Shown here piece after piece: positions 26,101 to 37,870 of a stretch of DNA of 64,000 bases. How positions within the stretch are numbered: the stretch's first letter is position 1; each line of letters begins with the position of its first letter. Origin of the DNA: Octopus vulgaris (lineage: Eukaryota); NCBI GenBank assembly GCA_951406725.2, contig OX597823.1, forward strand, positions 64,604,001 to 64,668,000. Direction: 5' to 3'. Under the pieces are notes generated by a model. The model was not told where the DNA came from. It searched no databases and worked only from the letters and a program-made list of their open reading frames with translations. A program made the translations under genes and the position numbers.

Positions 26101-26532
26101 CGCAAGGCACGGTGGCCAAGACAGTCCGATATGTCCAAGATGCGGGCGGGATAGGGAAACCGTCCCGCACGCGATTGTTCATTGTCCGGACGTGTCTGAG
26201 GTGTGGGTTTATGCCGAACACCTGTTGTCAGGTACACGAAGAGTACAGCTGTCGACTGAGTCGATTACAAAAATTGACCCACCGGATTTCCTCGTGAATG
26301 AAGGTAAGTTTCGTTTTCTCGTTGTAGTAGCAATGCGAAAGAGGTGATATGGAAGACGAGAATGAAAGGTTTACAGTCAGGCAAGTTCATCTCCGGCCCT
26401 GGTTTGATGAATTATTTCATCTTTCACCTGAAAAGGAAGATAGGGCTGGAGAGAATATGCCTGACTAGGAGAGCGTATGAAGAACGATGGAAGGATGTAG
26501 CACGGAAGTTGCGAATGAAAGTTACAACATAA
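23137..26532 (+). pseudogene. LINE ORF2: AP endonuclease + reverse transcriptase + C-terminal CCHC finger (about 4 frameshifts)
   Basis: APE motifs LNVRG, ATET, IYAPN, LGDFN, SDH; GYWKLN; RT motifs KAPGLDG, FRPITLLN, LDQSKAFDRV, SVRQGCPLSP, YADD; CPRCG..ETVPHAIVHC. Confidence 0.95.
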
Positions 26533-26780
26533 ATGTAATACCAAGTGCAACCAAAAGTATCAGTGGGGAGGCGGGGCTCGTGGGGTCCGAGCTAAACCCG
26601 CACCCACTCCACCCGTAATGTCTTCCGGTCTGTCCTATCATTCGATTTCTGTCCATTTATTGTTATTCATGAAAATTTTTAAACCCGATTTATTGTAAAA
26701 ACCCATTCGTTTGTCTGACCCCATCATCAGAATGTATTGTCCCATCTGTGTTCGCCCCTTGTGGGTAATAATAAAACAAC

Positions 26781-27062
26781 ATGGAGGAAAGCACCTTCGA
26801 AAAGTGTCTTGGTGCGACAATGAAAGATATCTAATCAGAGGCGGTAAATTCACTACAATAGAAGTCAACGGAGCGTGCAAGGGAGTACTCGACTCAAACC
26901 TGCAAAGTGGAAATATTTTATTTTTACCTTTATATCTGGGACGTAGGACGTCCCGGAAAAAAATTTAAAATGCTCCCCACCCAGAAGTAGAGGTAGGCTG
27001 GATTGTAGCCACACTTCTATACAAGAGGGAGGACAAGATACAATTGATCGAAATTACAAGAG
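26781..27062 (+). pseudogene. decayed Tx1-type ORF1 fragment, right part
   Basis: MEESTFEKCL.../YLIRGGKFTTIEV...ILFLPLYLGRRTSRKKI*NAPHPEVEVGWIVATLL aligns by eye with FLTRGSKYGTVVV...TLLPTYLNRRITRIRVEGVPPNVEAEWIVAAVI. Confidence 0.8.
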
Positions 27063-27267
27063 ACGGGCTAACAATTCCAAGTCTGTTATATATTTTGAGT
27101 ATTGTTATCACTAGCGATATCAAGATATAACTTTGTATTTTGTATTTTATGTGTAGATGTATATATATAGATGTACATGTACATGTACACATATATATAC
27201 ACATATATATACACATATATACATGCACTAGCACTATGACCCGGCAACGACGGGTCTTTAATGCTAG

Positions 27268-27304
<37 letters not shown>

Positions 27305-27486
27305 ATATGTATGTATATATATATATATATACAAGACATACAATCCAACCAGTTTAGGTAGCAAACATTCAGGGATGATTATAAGTGTATATCTATCGTT
27401 CCAGTCAATATAACCACTTGTTATTATAGGTGGTTCCTCTATTTGACATCTGAAAGTGTATCACAAATGCGTGAGTATATATTTAT

Positions 27487-27639
27487 GTGGGCATGGCTGT
27501 GTGATAAGAAGTTTGCTTCCCAACCACATGGTTCTGGGTTCAGTCCTGGCACCTTGGGTAAGTGTCTTCTACTATAGCCTCAGGCCAACCAAAGCTTTGT
27601 GAGTGGATTAGGTAGATAGAAACTGAAAGAAGTCAATCT

Positions 27640-27640
<1 letters not shown>
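27487..27640 (+). mobile_element. SINE family A, 5' half
   Basis: Family-A head ending in (TG/TA)n. Confidence 0.75.
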
Positions 27641-27688
<48 letters not shown>

Positions 27689-28155
27689 ATGTATATATAT
27701 ATATGTATCTATATATCTGGTCTTCCTTAAAACAAATTTGCCCAGACTTGTGTCTCAGAGGGGAACTTCCTATGGTCATTCATGAATGAAGAGAGTCTTT
27801 ATTCTTTAATATATATATATATGCAATGATTAAATCATATTATGCTCTTTATGGTATTTTGTTTCGTGCATGATCCACCAGTTCTCATAAAAATTGTCTT
27901 GCATGAAACTGGTCTGAAGCTCAAAAAAAATGTTGGGGTTCATTGCTGTACAATGTAACTGAAAAATAATAATTACAGATCTTAAAAACTTATTTGAGAA
28001 TTCCTTCTATAGAAAATCCGTAGAGATGACCTTAACATGATTTAAATGCACTGCTAACACAGTAGTACATTGTATTGACTTCTGAAAATGTTTAATATAT
28101 TTCGTAGTAAGTTATGGTTGCATAACAAAATACCATATGCCTACAAGTCATATAT

Positions 28156-28453
28156 ATGTTATGGATTGGGTCTGCCCCTCTGGCAAATCCCCAACATGTC
28201 ATGTAATGTTATGGATTGAGTCTGCCCCTCTGGCAAATGCCTGACATGTCATGTAATGTTATGGATTGAGTCTGCCCCTCTGGCGAATGCCTGACATTCA
28301 TGTAATGTTATGGATTGAGTCTGCCCCTCTGGTGAATCTCTGACATGTCATGTAATGTTACGAGTTGGCCCTGTCCCTCTGGGGAATCTGACATGTCATG
28401 TAATGTTATGGATTGGCCCTGCCTCTCTGGCGAATCTGACATGTCATGTAATG
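28156..28453 (+). repeat. 48-50-bp minisatellite, 6 units
   Basis: atgttatggattgagtctgcccctctggcaaatgcctgacatgtcatgta, contiguous with no spacers. Confidence 0.9.
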
Positions 28454-29055
28454 TGTGTACACCTATACACATATACAAGCACATACATAGATACACACAC
28501 TCACACACACACATATATATACATATACGTACTCATATACAAATGAACTAATACATACAAAGAATAAAATGAAAATACATACCTATTTAAATATACATAC
28601 ACTTATACAGAAATGGATACATATATATGCATATATACACACATATCAGAATATATGCATATATATATATGCACATATATACATATAGATATTCATACAC
28701 ATGCACAAATGCATACATACACATATATATATATATATATATCTCAATAAAGCAAATGTGTTTGCAAGCTCGAATGTAAGCATATAGCTAATCCATAACG
28801 GCAAAAAAGTAAACACTTGTATTAGATTAAATCTGCCAGAGAGATTATGAAAGCAATTTTACTGACATGTGTACAGTAATAATTAATAATTAATAATAAT
28901 AAAAATAAAAATAAAATAAATCTAAGGTAGAGGTAATCAGGAGCAAAAAGAAGTTTTCAGGTGCAGGATTAGAGAACCAAAGTAGTCATTAGATGGCAAC
29001 AACTTCAATAATTTGTAAAAGATAGTTAAGCTGTAAAATATGAGTGCAATGGACT

Positions 29056-29452
29056 GTGAGCTGGCAGAAACGTTAGCATGCTGGGCGAAATGCTTAGCGG
29101 TATTTCGGCTGCTGTTACGTTGTGAGTTCAAATTCCACCGAGGTTGACTTTGTCTTTCATCCTTTCGGGGTCGATAAATTAAGTACCAGTTACGCACTGG
29201 GGTCGATGTAATCGACTTAATACCTATGTCTGTGGTTGTTTGTCCCCTCTATGTTTAGCCCCTTGTGGGTAATAAAGAAATATAAATAGGTATTAAATCT
29301 GTCTTTGTGTTCCGAGTTCAAATTCTGCCAAGGTTGACTTTGCCTTTCATCCTTTCGGTGTCGATAAACTAAGTACCAGTTGCATACTGAGGTCGATCTA
29401 ATCGACTGACCCTTCCTCAAAAATTTCAGGCCTTGTGCCTAGAGTAGAAAAA
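29056..29452 (+). mobile_element. SINE family B dimer; first unit has a Tx1-type tail
   Basis: gagctggcagaaacgttagc...gagttcaaattcc head. Unit 1 ends tgtcccctctatgtttagccccttgtgggtaataaagaaata (29282). Unit 2 restarts at ggtatt (29289) and has a different tail. Confidence 0.85.
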
Positions 29453-30076
29453 AATACACTGGTGTGTTATATATTATTGGGTAACAAGTAGTTTTTAGAA
29501 TAGCAGAATGCTTGAATATGGTCTAATACATTATCTGTTGCTTAGGTGAGACCAAATTTTGGTTAACCGTAGTTTTGGAAATTATGCAAGTGCATTGATC
29601 TAGGTTATAAAGTTTATTAGTATAAGTGTAATAATTAAGTGTAAGGTTAGTTATAGTTAGCACATAGGAACAATTTTTATTTAAGGTGCTGGCATTTTAT
29701 AATTAATTTATCAAGTAGATTAATGATATTTGGTTTAATTTTATTAATATGGAATTCCTCGGAAATACAGAGCCACATGATTCTCTGAATCCACATCTTA
29801 TCTTATACAACAAATTTATACATACATACATACGTACATACATACATATATGTATATATTTGTATCTTAATATACAGGAAACATCAAATAAAATAACTAC
29901 AGATATTGCTGAAGCATACTGAGCAGTAGAAAAAACTTTGTATACAGAACTCAAACAACATTAAATTAAAATCACCATCTCTGCATCATAATAAATGTAT
30001 ACACTCCATTTGCAAACTTAATACGATGGAGTTGTGTGAGATTAAATCTCTCCATAGACGTGATGTCTTTCAAGCA

Positions 30077-30111
<35 letters not shown>

Positions 30112-30170
30112 TGGAGTGAGATAAGCATTATCACTACAGTGACACATGTAAAATGGCAGACGGGTCTTAC

Positions 30171-30209
30171 CTTTGTTGAGGCTTATCAATGCTGTGCACT
30201 GATTGTCAC
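30171..30209 (-). CDS. possible 39-nt micro-exon
   Basis: tttaagcag|...aaag|gtaaga; open frame DNQCTALISLNK. Splice signals are the only support. Confidence 0.2.
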
Positions 30210-30372
30210 CTGCTTAAACAAATTTCATATCATGATATATAGGAGACAGTGAATGAAAAAAGAATTTCATTTAAGCATATGGCAATCGAGTGCACAGCTA
30301 TGAGAAGCCTCAACTTACAGTTATGCATGTATACATACCTTCATACATATACATACTTATATGTATACATAA

Positions 30373-30418
<46 letters not shown>

Positions 30419-30566
30419 GCACACACATATATATAAATATATACATACATACAAATATATATATATATATACACACATAAATATATATATATATACACAA
30501 ATATACATATACATATATATAAATATATATATATATGTTTGTGTGTGCATGTATATATATATAAAA

Positions 30567-30618
<52 letters not shown>

Positions 30619-30860
30619 GTGTGTGAATATAGCTTAGTCAGCTTCTTTTGATTTCTTCTTTATATCTTTATATATTTCTCTTTCCTTTCATTTTTATACA
30701 TTTATCATTTGATAGTTGCCAGATCATTGTCATATTTGTAAACTATTATGATGTATATATGCTTACAGACATACTGTGTATTTATGTATTTGTACATACG
30801 TATGTGCACATACACATATATGTATACATACACACTCACACACACACACACACATATGTG

Positions 30861-30893
<33 letters not shown>

Positions 30894-30896
30894 GCG

Positions 30897-30930
<34 letters not shown>

Positions 30931-30940
30931 CACATATGTG

Positions 30941-30971
<31 letters not shown>

Positions 30972-31100
30972 GCGTATATATATATATATATGAGTGTGTG
31001 TGTGTATAGAAAGAGAGAGAGAGAGAAAGAAAGAGGAGAGGGGGAGAGAGAGTGAGAGAGAAAGAGAGTGATGAAATAATGATGAATGGAGAGATAATTG

Positions 31101-31347
31101 TCTCTAAAATTTATTTAATTAAAAATCATTTCTTGCATATTAAATTCCAACACATGTTTCCGCTGAATAAGTCCCTTACGGTCCTTTTGATGTTTGATGT
31201 GATAATTTTGGGCATCTAATTGTCTAATATTAAATCAGTTATAGTATAAAGCTATTACATCAAAGGACCCTAAGACCCTTATTCAGTAGAAACACATGTT
31301 AACATTTAATATGCTGAAAAGGATTTTAATTAAATAGTTTTTAAAGA
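31101..31347. repeat. degenerate foldback element
   Basis: aattaaaaatc..gcatattaaat..catgtttc.gctgaataag..ggtcctttt-gatgt versus acatcaaaggacc..cttattcagtagaaaca..atttaatatgc..gattttaatt. Confidence 0.75.
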
Positions 31348-32132
31348 TGTGCCACTCTCTGTTCTTCTTTATTTTGTCCTGACAAATATGAATTCTACAT
31401 AAAATCCTTAAATGCAAACTCAGGATTTATCAATCAAAAGGGGTACAACTTAAAATTGTTTATTCTAAAGTATTCTAAATGTTTCCTTGTATTCAGTTAG
31501 CCAAGTTTGGATTTTAACAGATGCGCTTAAAAAATTCCTATTCCATTGCCTCATTATGTATGTATATGTATGTATGTATGTATGTATATCAATCATCATC
31601 ATCGTCATCCAGCATGGGTAGGACAGTTGAAAGGAGCTGGCAACTTAGAAGACTACACCAGGTTACTGTGTCTGTTTTGGCAGGGTTTTTATAGCTGGGT
31701 GCCCTTTCTAACACCAACCACTCCACAGAGTGGACTATATATATATATATATACATTTAATAGACATTTAATAGAAATTTAATAGACATTTAATATTTAA
31801 TTTTCAATATTTCATTTGTTCAATAAGACAATCAATACTTTATTTCATTTCTTTCTTACTATATATTCTATATCCTATATTAATATTATAAGAATATAAA
31901 TAAAACATAAAAAAACAGACAGAATTAGAATTCTTTTGAGTAATATATTCTTCTATACACAATCATACTAACCCCTTTGTGTGTATATATATATAGTTAC
32001 AGTATATTCTGTTAAGAACATAGTAGAGTACAGTATAAAGCTTGTCCACCTTCAGATTTACCCTGTACTATCCAGTAGTAGTATTATACGTACTTCCAGG
32101 TTTGTGTTTGGGCATCTGTTGTGTGTGAATAG

Positions 32133-32361
32133 ATAATGGAAAATATTTGGAGTTAACAGGAAGGAATACTGTTGGACATTTATTTTTCAATCACAACAAT
32201 TGTTTCTATGCAACATACTTTTCCAGGCATATTGGTACTTGATTATGCAACCGTTTGCATAATCAAGTACCTGCATACCTGGAGAACTACATTGTGCAGA
32301 AAAAAATTGTAGTGATTGAAAAATAAATGTCTTCTTGTTGACTCCAAATTTTTTCAATTAT
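32133..32361. repeat. foldback/palindromic element
   Basis: Centre ggtacttgattatgcaa-ccgt-ttgcataatcaagtacc; outer arms gacatttatttttcaatcac / gtgattgaaaaataaatgtc. Confidence 0.85.
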
Positions 32362-32552
32362 ACACGCACACACTCACACACACGTATAGATACACACACT
32401 GAAGCATCATCACCATCGTCAACATTTAAGGTCCATTTTCCATGTTGACATAGATTGAATGGCTTGACAGGAACTGGCAAGACCAGGGGCCTCACCAGGT
32501 TCCATAGTCTGCTTTGCCTTGATTTCTATAGCTGGATGTCTTTCCTAATTCC

Positions 32553-33370
<818 letters not shown>

Positions 33371-34553
33371 TCACTCAACTACAGTACTAGTTGAATAATA
33401 CTCTTAAGGCCGCAAAAAACTCACATACTGCATCTTTCGGGCTTGTTGCTAATTTAATTCATAACCAAATTGAAAACTGTTAACATTTTTGTAGAGGACT
33501 GGTCCCTAGCTACATTTTGGCATTAAAAAATTGAGATTTGATCCTGTAGAAAAAGTTTATATCAAAATTTATAGCAACATTATAGGAGAGTAAGTAATGC
33601 CACCAATCGAGTTTAGATCTAAATAACTTTTTTTTTTATAAAAGCAAAATATATTCATCTTAGCTTGAATGATAGAAGAAAGCATAAAGAATTTCACAGT
33701 TTTGTTCCCATGCAACAAAAATTTGTATCAAAAAGTTGTGAGGTAAAATATCACCAGAAAAATATAAGGCAAAAACTGGATTTAAGTATAATTAACTTTG
33801 TTATTTTAAAAACACACTATATTTTAATTAAATGATAGATTTAATTAAATGATAGAGCTCAATTCAAAGAATTTCATGGTATCAATCTCATGCAATGAAG
33901 TTTAAAAACAAAAAAGTTATGAGCGTTTGTTTCTGAAATTTGAGGGTGATAATATAGTGCTATACTTTTTCATGAATACAGTTCTATAAGGGTGCTTTTA
34001 ATATATGTTACCGGTGTCATTGAGGTTAGGAAAAATTATCAATGACACCGTGAATTGAAACATTTGACACATTATTTATTAGCATAATAGCATAGCCTGG
34101 AAAAAACATGGATTACATGGGAAAATGCAAGCAAGAGAAATAACATTCTTAAGATTATAAACTTGGAAAATTACAGGACATCTTATTACACTTAGAAAAG
34201 TTCAGGACATCTTATTACATCTGGTAAAGTACAGAACAAAAATATTTTTACTTAGAATATTGCAGCTAAGGATAAAATTTGAATATTAAAAATTATTTGA
34301 TTTTAATTTACAAGGTAACTTTATAATTAACAAAATACCCTCACAAGAGTACTTAATAAATGAGAGCCAGAAGTATCAATATAGCTAAAGTTTTATGCAA
34401 TGTAGAATAGTATATATGGTAGGCAGATTCATTATGTAAAAAATAGGCATTGGGTCAAGACTAAAAATGTGAAGACTTGGCAATAACTTAGGCAATAACT
34501 CAAGCAAATTTTACTGTGAATTTGTTGTTATAGGTAGATTTTACTGCAATATA

Positions 34554-36191
34554 CACTGGCGAAAATAAATTTAAGACTGAGATGATAAAAGTTCTATTTC
34601 TCACAAAATACTTTGTTACTAACACCATAAAAATTATTTTTATCTGTTACACCTCATGCAGAATTTATTTCTCTTTCGAATGATGCAGATAATAACTATT
34701 TTTATACTACTTGTAGAATTCTAATGCTAAATTAATATAAACGTTTCAAATTTACTGGCAAAATTAGTTTAAGACCGTATCATTATAATTTTATTTAAAG
34801 CTTAAGATTGTAGCAAAAATGAGCAACAAGAACGAAATAGATATTAGTACTTTGTGCTGTAGCCCTTATTTTTAATAATGGCTGAACAATGCCTCGGTAT
34901 TGAATTCACTAAGTGATTACAAAATTCTATGGGAATGTTTTGCCATATCTCATTGATATAGTCGAATAATTGTTTTAGATTAGATGGTTTTTTAGCATGG
35001 ACTTTTTTGGAAACATAAATCCACAAGTTCTCAATCAGATTCAGGTCTGGGCTCTGGGGAGGCCATTCGATTATGCCAATTTTATGGTGATCAAAAAATC
35101 CCATAACCTTTTTGGCTTTGTGCACAGGAATATTGTCCTGGTGATAAATAGCCCCTTGAGGCATTTGGTGAGTCAAATATGGCACAACATTATCCATTAA
35201 TAGATTCATATAACCTACACTATTTAGCTTTCCATCAACTTTAACTAGAGGGCCAACACCAAAGCTACTAAATGCTGCTCACACCATCACACCCCTAACA
35301 CCCACTTGCGCCATCGTTTTCAAGCATTTCAGATGGAATTCCTCGGTTGGGCGACGTCTGATGTATGTTTTACCATCTGATCCAAATATACAGAAGCGTG
35401 ACTCGTCATTCCAAAGGACCCTGCAACAATCTTCGGCAGTCCATTGAGCATGGCTTTTTATGAAATTAAGGTGTTTGAGTCGACTTTTTTGGATATTATT
35501 GACGTTTTCCTAACAATTCGTCATTGCAGTCTAAATTCTCTCAAATGGTTGTGGACAGTTTGTGGTGTAAAAATAAAACCATTCTCATTGGACAATTGTT
35601 TACAAATGTCAACGGCTGTCAGCATTCGGTTGCCTTCAGAAAGTCAGTGGATTCAATGGTCCAACTGCACCGTCGCTTTTCTTGGGGGTCCAGTCCTTTA
35701 CCAATCTTTATATTGACCAGTCTCCAAGTATAACTTCCATGCTTGCACACAAGCCATTTTACTTCACTTTAGTTACTTGCTGATGTTCAAAAAGGAAACT
35801 TTTTGCTGGTGGAGTAATATGATTTTTACTCTCGTGACTGTACTGAGGCTACGTTGTTTTCCTATTATTAATCAATTGTATAATAACGTTAAATTATAAC
35901 ACTATATAGTGCAGTTAGGCTAGTTGTGTGACCACCCATTTTGGCAAAAAAATTTGCATATATATTACATAGTCTTAAACTAATTTTGCCAGTAAATTTG
36001 AAACATTTCTATTAATTTAGCATTAGAATTCTTCAAGTAGTATAAAAATAGTTATTGTCTGCATCATTCGAAAGAGAAATAAATTCTGCATAAAGTGTAA
36101 AAGATAAAAATAATTTGTATGGTGTTAGTAACAAAATATTTTGTAAGAAATAGAACTTTTATCATCGGTCTTAAATTTATTTTCGCCAGTG
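34554..36191 (-). mobile_element. Tc1-family DNA transposon with IR/DR ends
   Basis: TA|cactggcgaaaataaatttaagac ... gtcttaaatttattttcgccagtg|TA; about 220-bp TIRs, each with an inner direct repeat actggcaaaattagtttaagac. Confidence 0.95.
34844..35757 (-). pseudogene. Tc1 DD34E transposase, disrupted
   Basis: WNDESRF, QDNIPVH and SPDLNLIENLW, with 34 residues between the second D and E. 5' boundary approximate. Confidence 0.9.
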
Positions 36192-36640
36192 TATAACTAA
36201 TTTTTGTATTATTCTATTTATTGTACTAACTAATTATGTTCTACTATAATTTTTTATAACCTATTTTCAAATTTCTAATTATTAATTAATAATTAAAAAA
36301 ATGAATGTTTTTAAAGTGCAAAAATTATTTTGATTGAGTTATCTTTCATTTTTAATAGAAGTAACAAGTAATAACAAATAGAAATAATAACTTGTAATAA
36401 AAATTTTCGTTTTAATAAAAGCTAATATTTTCTAAGCCTAAATATTTTATTTGAAATTTTATCCTTAGCTGCAATATTTTAAGTAAATATTTTCTTGTTC
36501 TGTACTTTACAAGATGTAATAAGTTGTCCTGAACTTTTCCAAGTGTAATAACTTGTCCTGTAATTTTCCAGATTTATAATCTTAAGAATATTATTTCTCT
36601 TGCTCGCATTTTTCCATGTAATATGTATATTCTTTTATTA

Positions 36641-36845
36641 TTCTTTTACTTGTTTCAGTCATTTTGACTGTGGCCAAGTTGGAGCACTGCCTTTTAATCA
36701 AAAAAATTAACCCCCTGGACTTATTCGTTGTAAGCCTAGTACTTATTCTATCAGTTCTTTTGCCAAACTGCTAAGTTACAGGGACATAAACACACCAACA
36801 TCAGTTGTCAAAATGTTAATGGTGGGACACGCACAGACACAAACA
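36641..36845 (-). mobile_element. SINE family A, 3' half
   Basis: Family-A tail, reverse complement. Confidence 0.75.
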
Positions 36846-36945
36846 TAAAAATATATGTATATATATATATATAGATAGATAGATAGAGAGAGAGGGAGAG
36901 AGAGAAAGCACTGCCAGCCATAGACTGCACTTTAAAATTAGAGAT

Positions 36946-36983
<38 letters not shown>

Positions 36984-37812
36984 GAGATAGAAAGAGAGTG
37001 AGAGAGAGAGAAGGAGAGATGTGTATATATATATATATATATATACTTATTATTATTATTTCATCCATTGTTGTCAAAAATGATTAAGGACACCGCATGG
37101 AAGAAGAAGACAGGGAATGGTGTGTCCAGCTGTGGTCAATGAGTCCATTACATGCTCAGAAGGCTATGCTGCATGTTGAGGGCATTGGTGGCCTATTGGG
37201 ATTGAAGACAATGGGTTGGCTCTGGACTTGCATGGTTCTCACTTTCTTTGTGCCCATGTGATCTTGTTCTTTTGGCACCTCTGTTCGTGCAGATTTGCCT
37301 GGGGAGCAGTCTTGTGCTTGCACTTCCTAGGAATCAGGCTTGATCTCAGAGCTTTTACACACATGTACTCACACACACTAATGCACATGTATATATAAAC
37401 ACAGGTCCATATGTGATGAAATAGACTCCAAAGACTGGTGTTGGTCTGCCTTGGCAATACGTGTGTCATTTAGTAAAATGGACAAAAAAGAATGCAGTGA
37501 ACTTGCCATGGGGAGTGGAAAATGCAATATTTCTTGTTTATGGTGAAGCAGACAGGAGAAAAATTAATGAGAGTCAACAGACTTTTACATCCTGGCTGCA
37601 ACTGATAAGGAATTCAAGACCACAGAAACTTCATTTACATTATTTATATTATTTACATTTGACGGATATTTGTCCTCATCTTGCATGTTGTTAACACGTT
37701 TCGGCTGATATTCACTCCAGCCTTCATCAAGTGTCTTGGCGAAATTTTGAACCTGGGTTCTCATCCTAAGGTATTTTCCAATGTTATTATATTTATTATT
37801 ATTATTGTTATG

Positions 37813-37868
<56 letters not shown>

Positions 37869-37870
<2 letters not shown>

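Larger units (their letters stand above)
21524..26778 (+). mobile_element. full-length Tx1-clade (L1 group) LINE, unit 4
   Basis: 5' UTR, ORF1, ORF2, 3' UTR, tail gccccttgtgggtaataataaaa. Flanked by acatggaggaaa (21512-21523 / 26779-26790). Confidence 0.9.
15557..27267 (+). mobile_element. putative non-autonomous Helitron (about 1.2 kb when empty) hosting the Tx1 stack
   Basis: A|TCtttatatatataaaactgag followed by (GTCT)n at 15557; gacccggcaacgacgggtc hairpin at 27238-27256 and CTAG|T at 27264-27268; sits in a (TA)n tract. End motifs parallel those of the 6979-7348 Helitron. Pairing of the two ends is inferred. Confidence 0.65.
34112..36622. mobile_element. foldback/MITE-like element with about 175-bp TIRs, hosting the Tc1 insertion
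   Basis: attacatgggaaaatgc...ttgcagctaaggataaaattt (34112-34280) is the reverse complement of aaattttatccttagctgcaa...gcatttttccatgtaat (36454-36622). Confidence 0.8.

Noticed and set aside
23730-26345. Programmed frameshifting in ORF2
   Set aside because: Several scattered single-base indels without slippery-site context are better explained by decay or sequencing error.
28156-28453. CRISPR-like array
   Set aside because: Units are contiguous with no unique spacers, there are no cas genes, and the context is eukaryotic.
33400-33935. Degenerate ~170-bp AT-rich repeats suggesting a DNA transposon arm
   Set aside because: Could not define termini or a TSD by eye.
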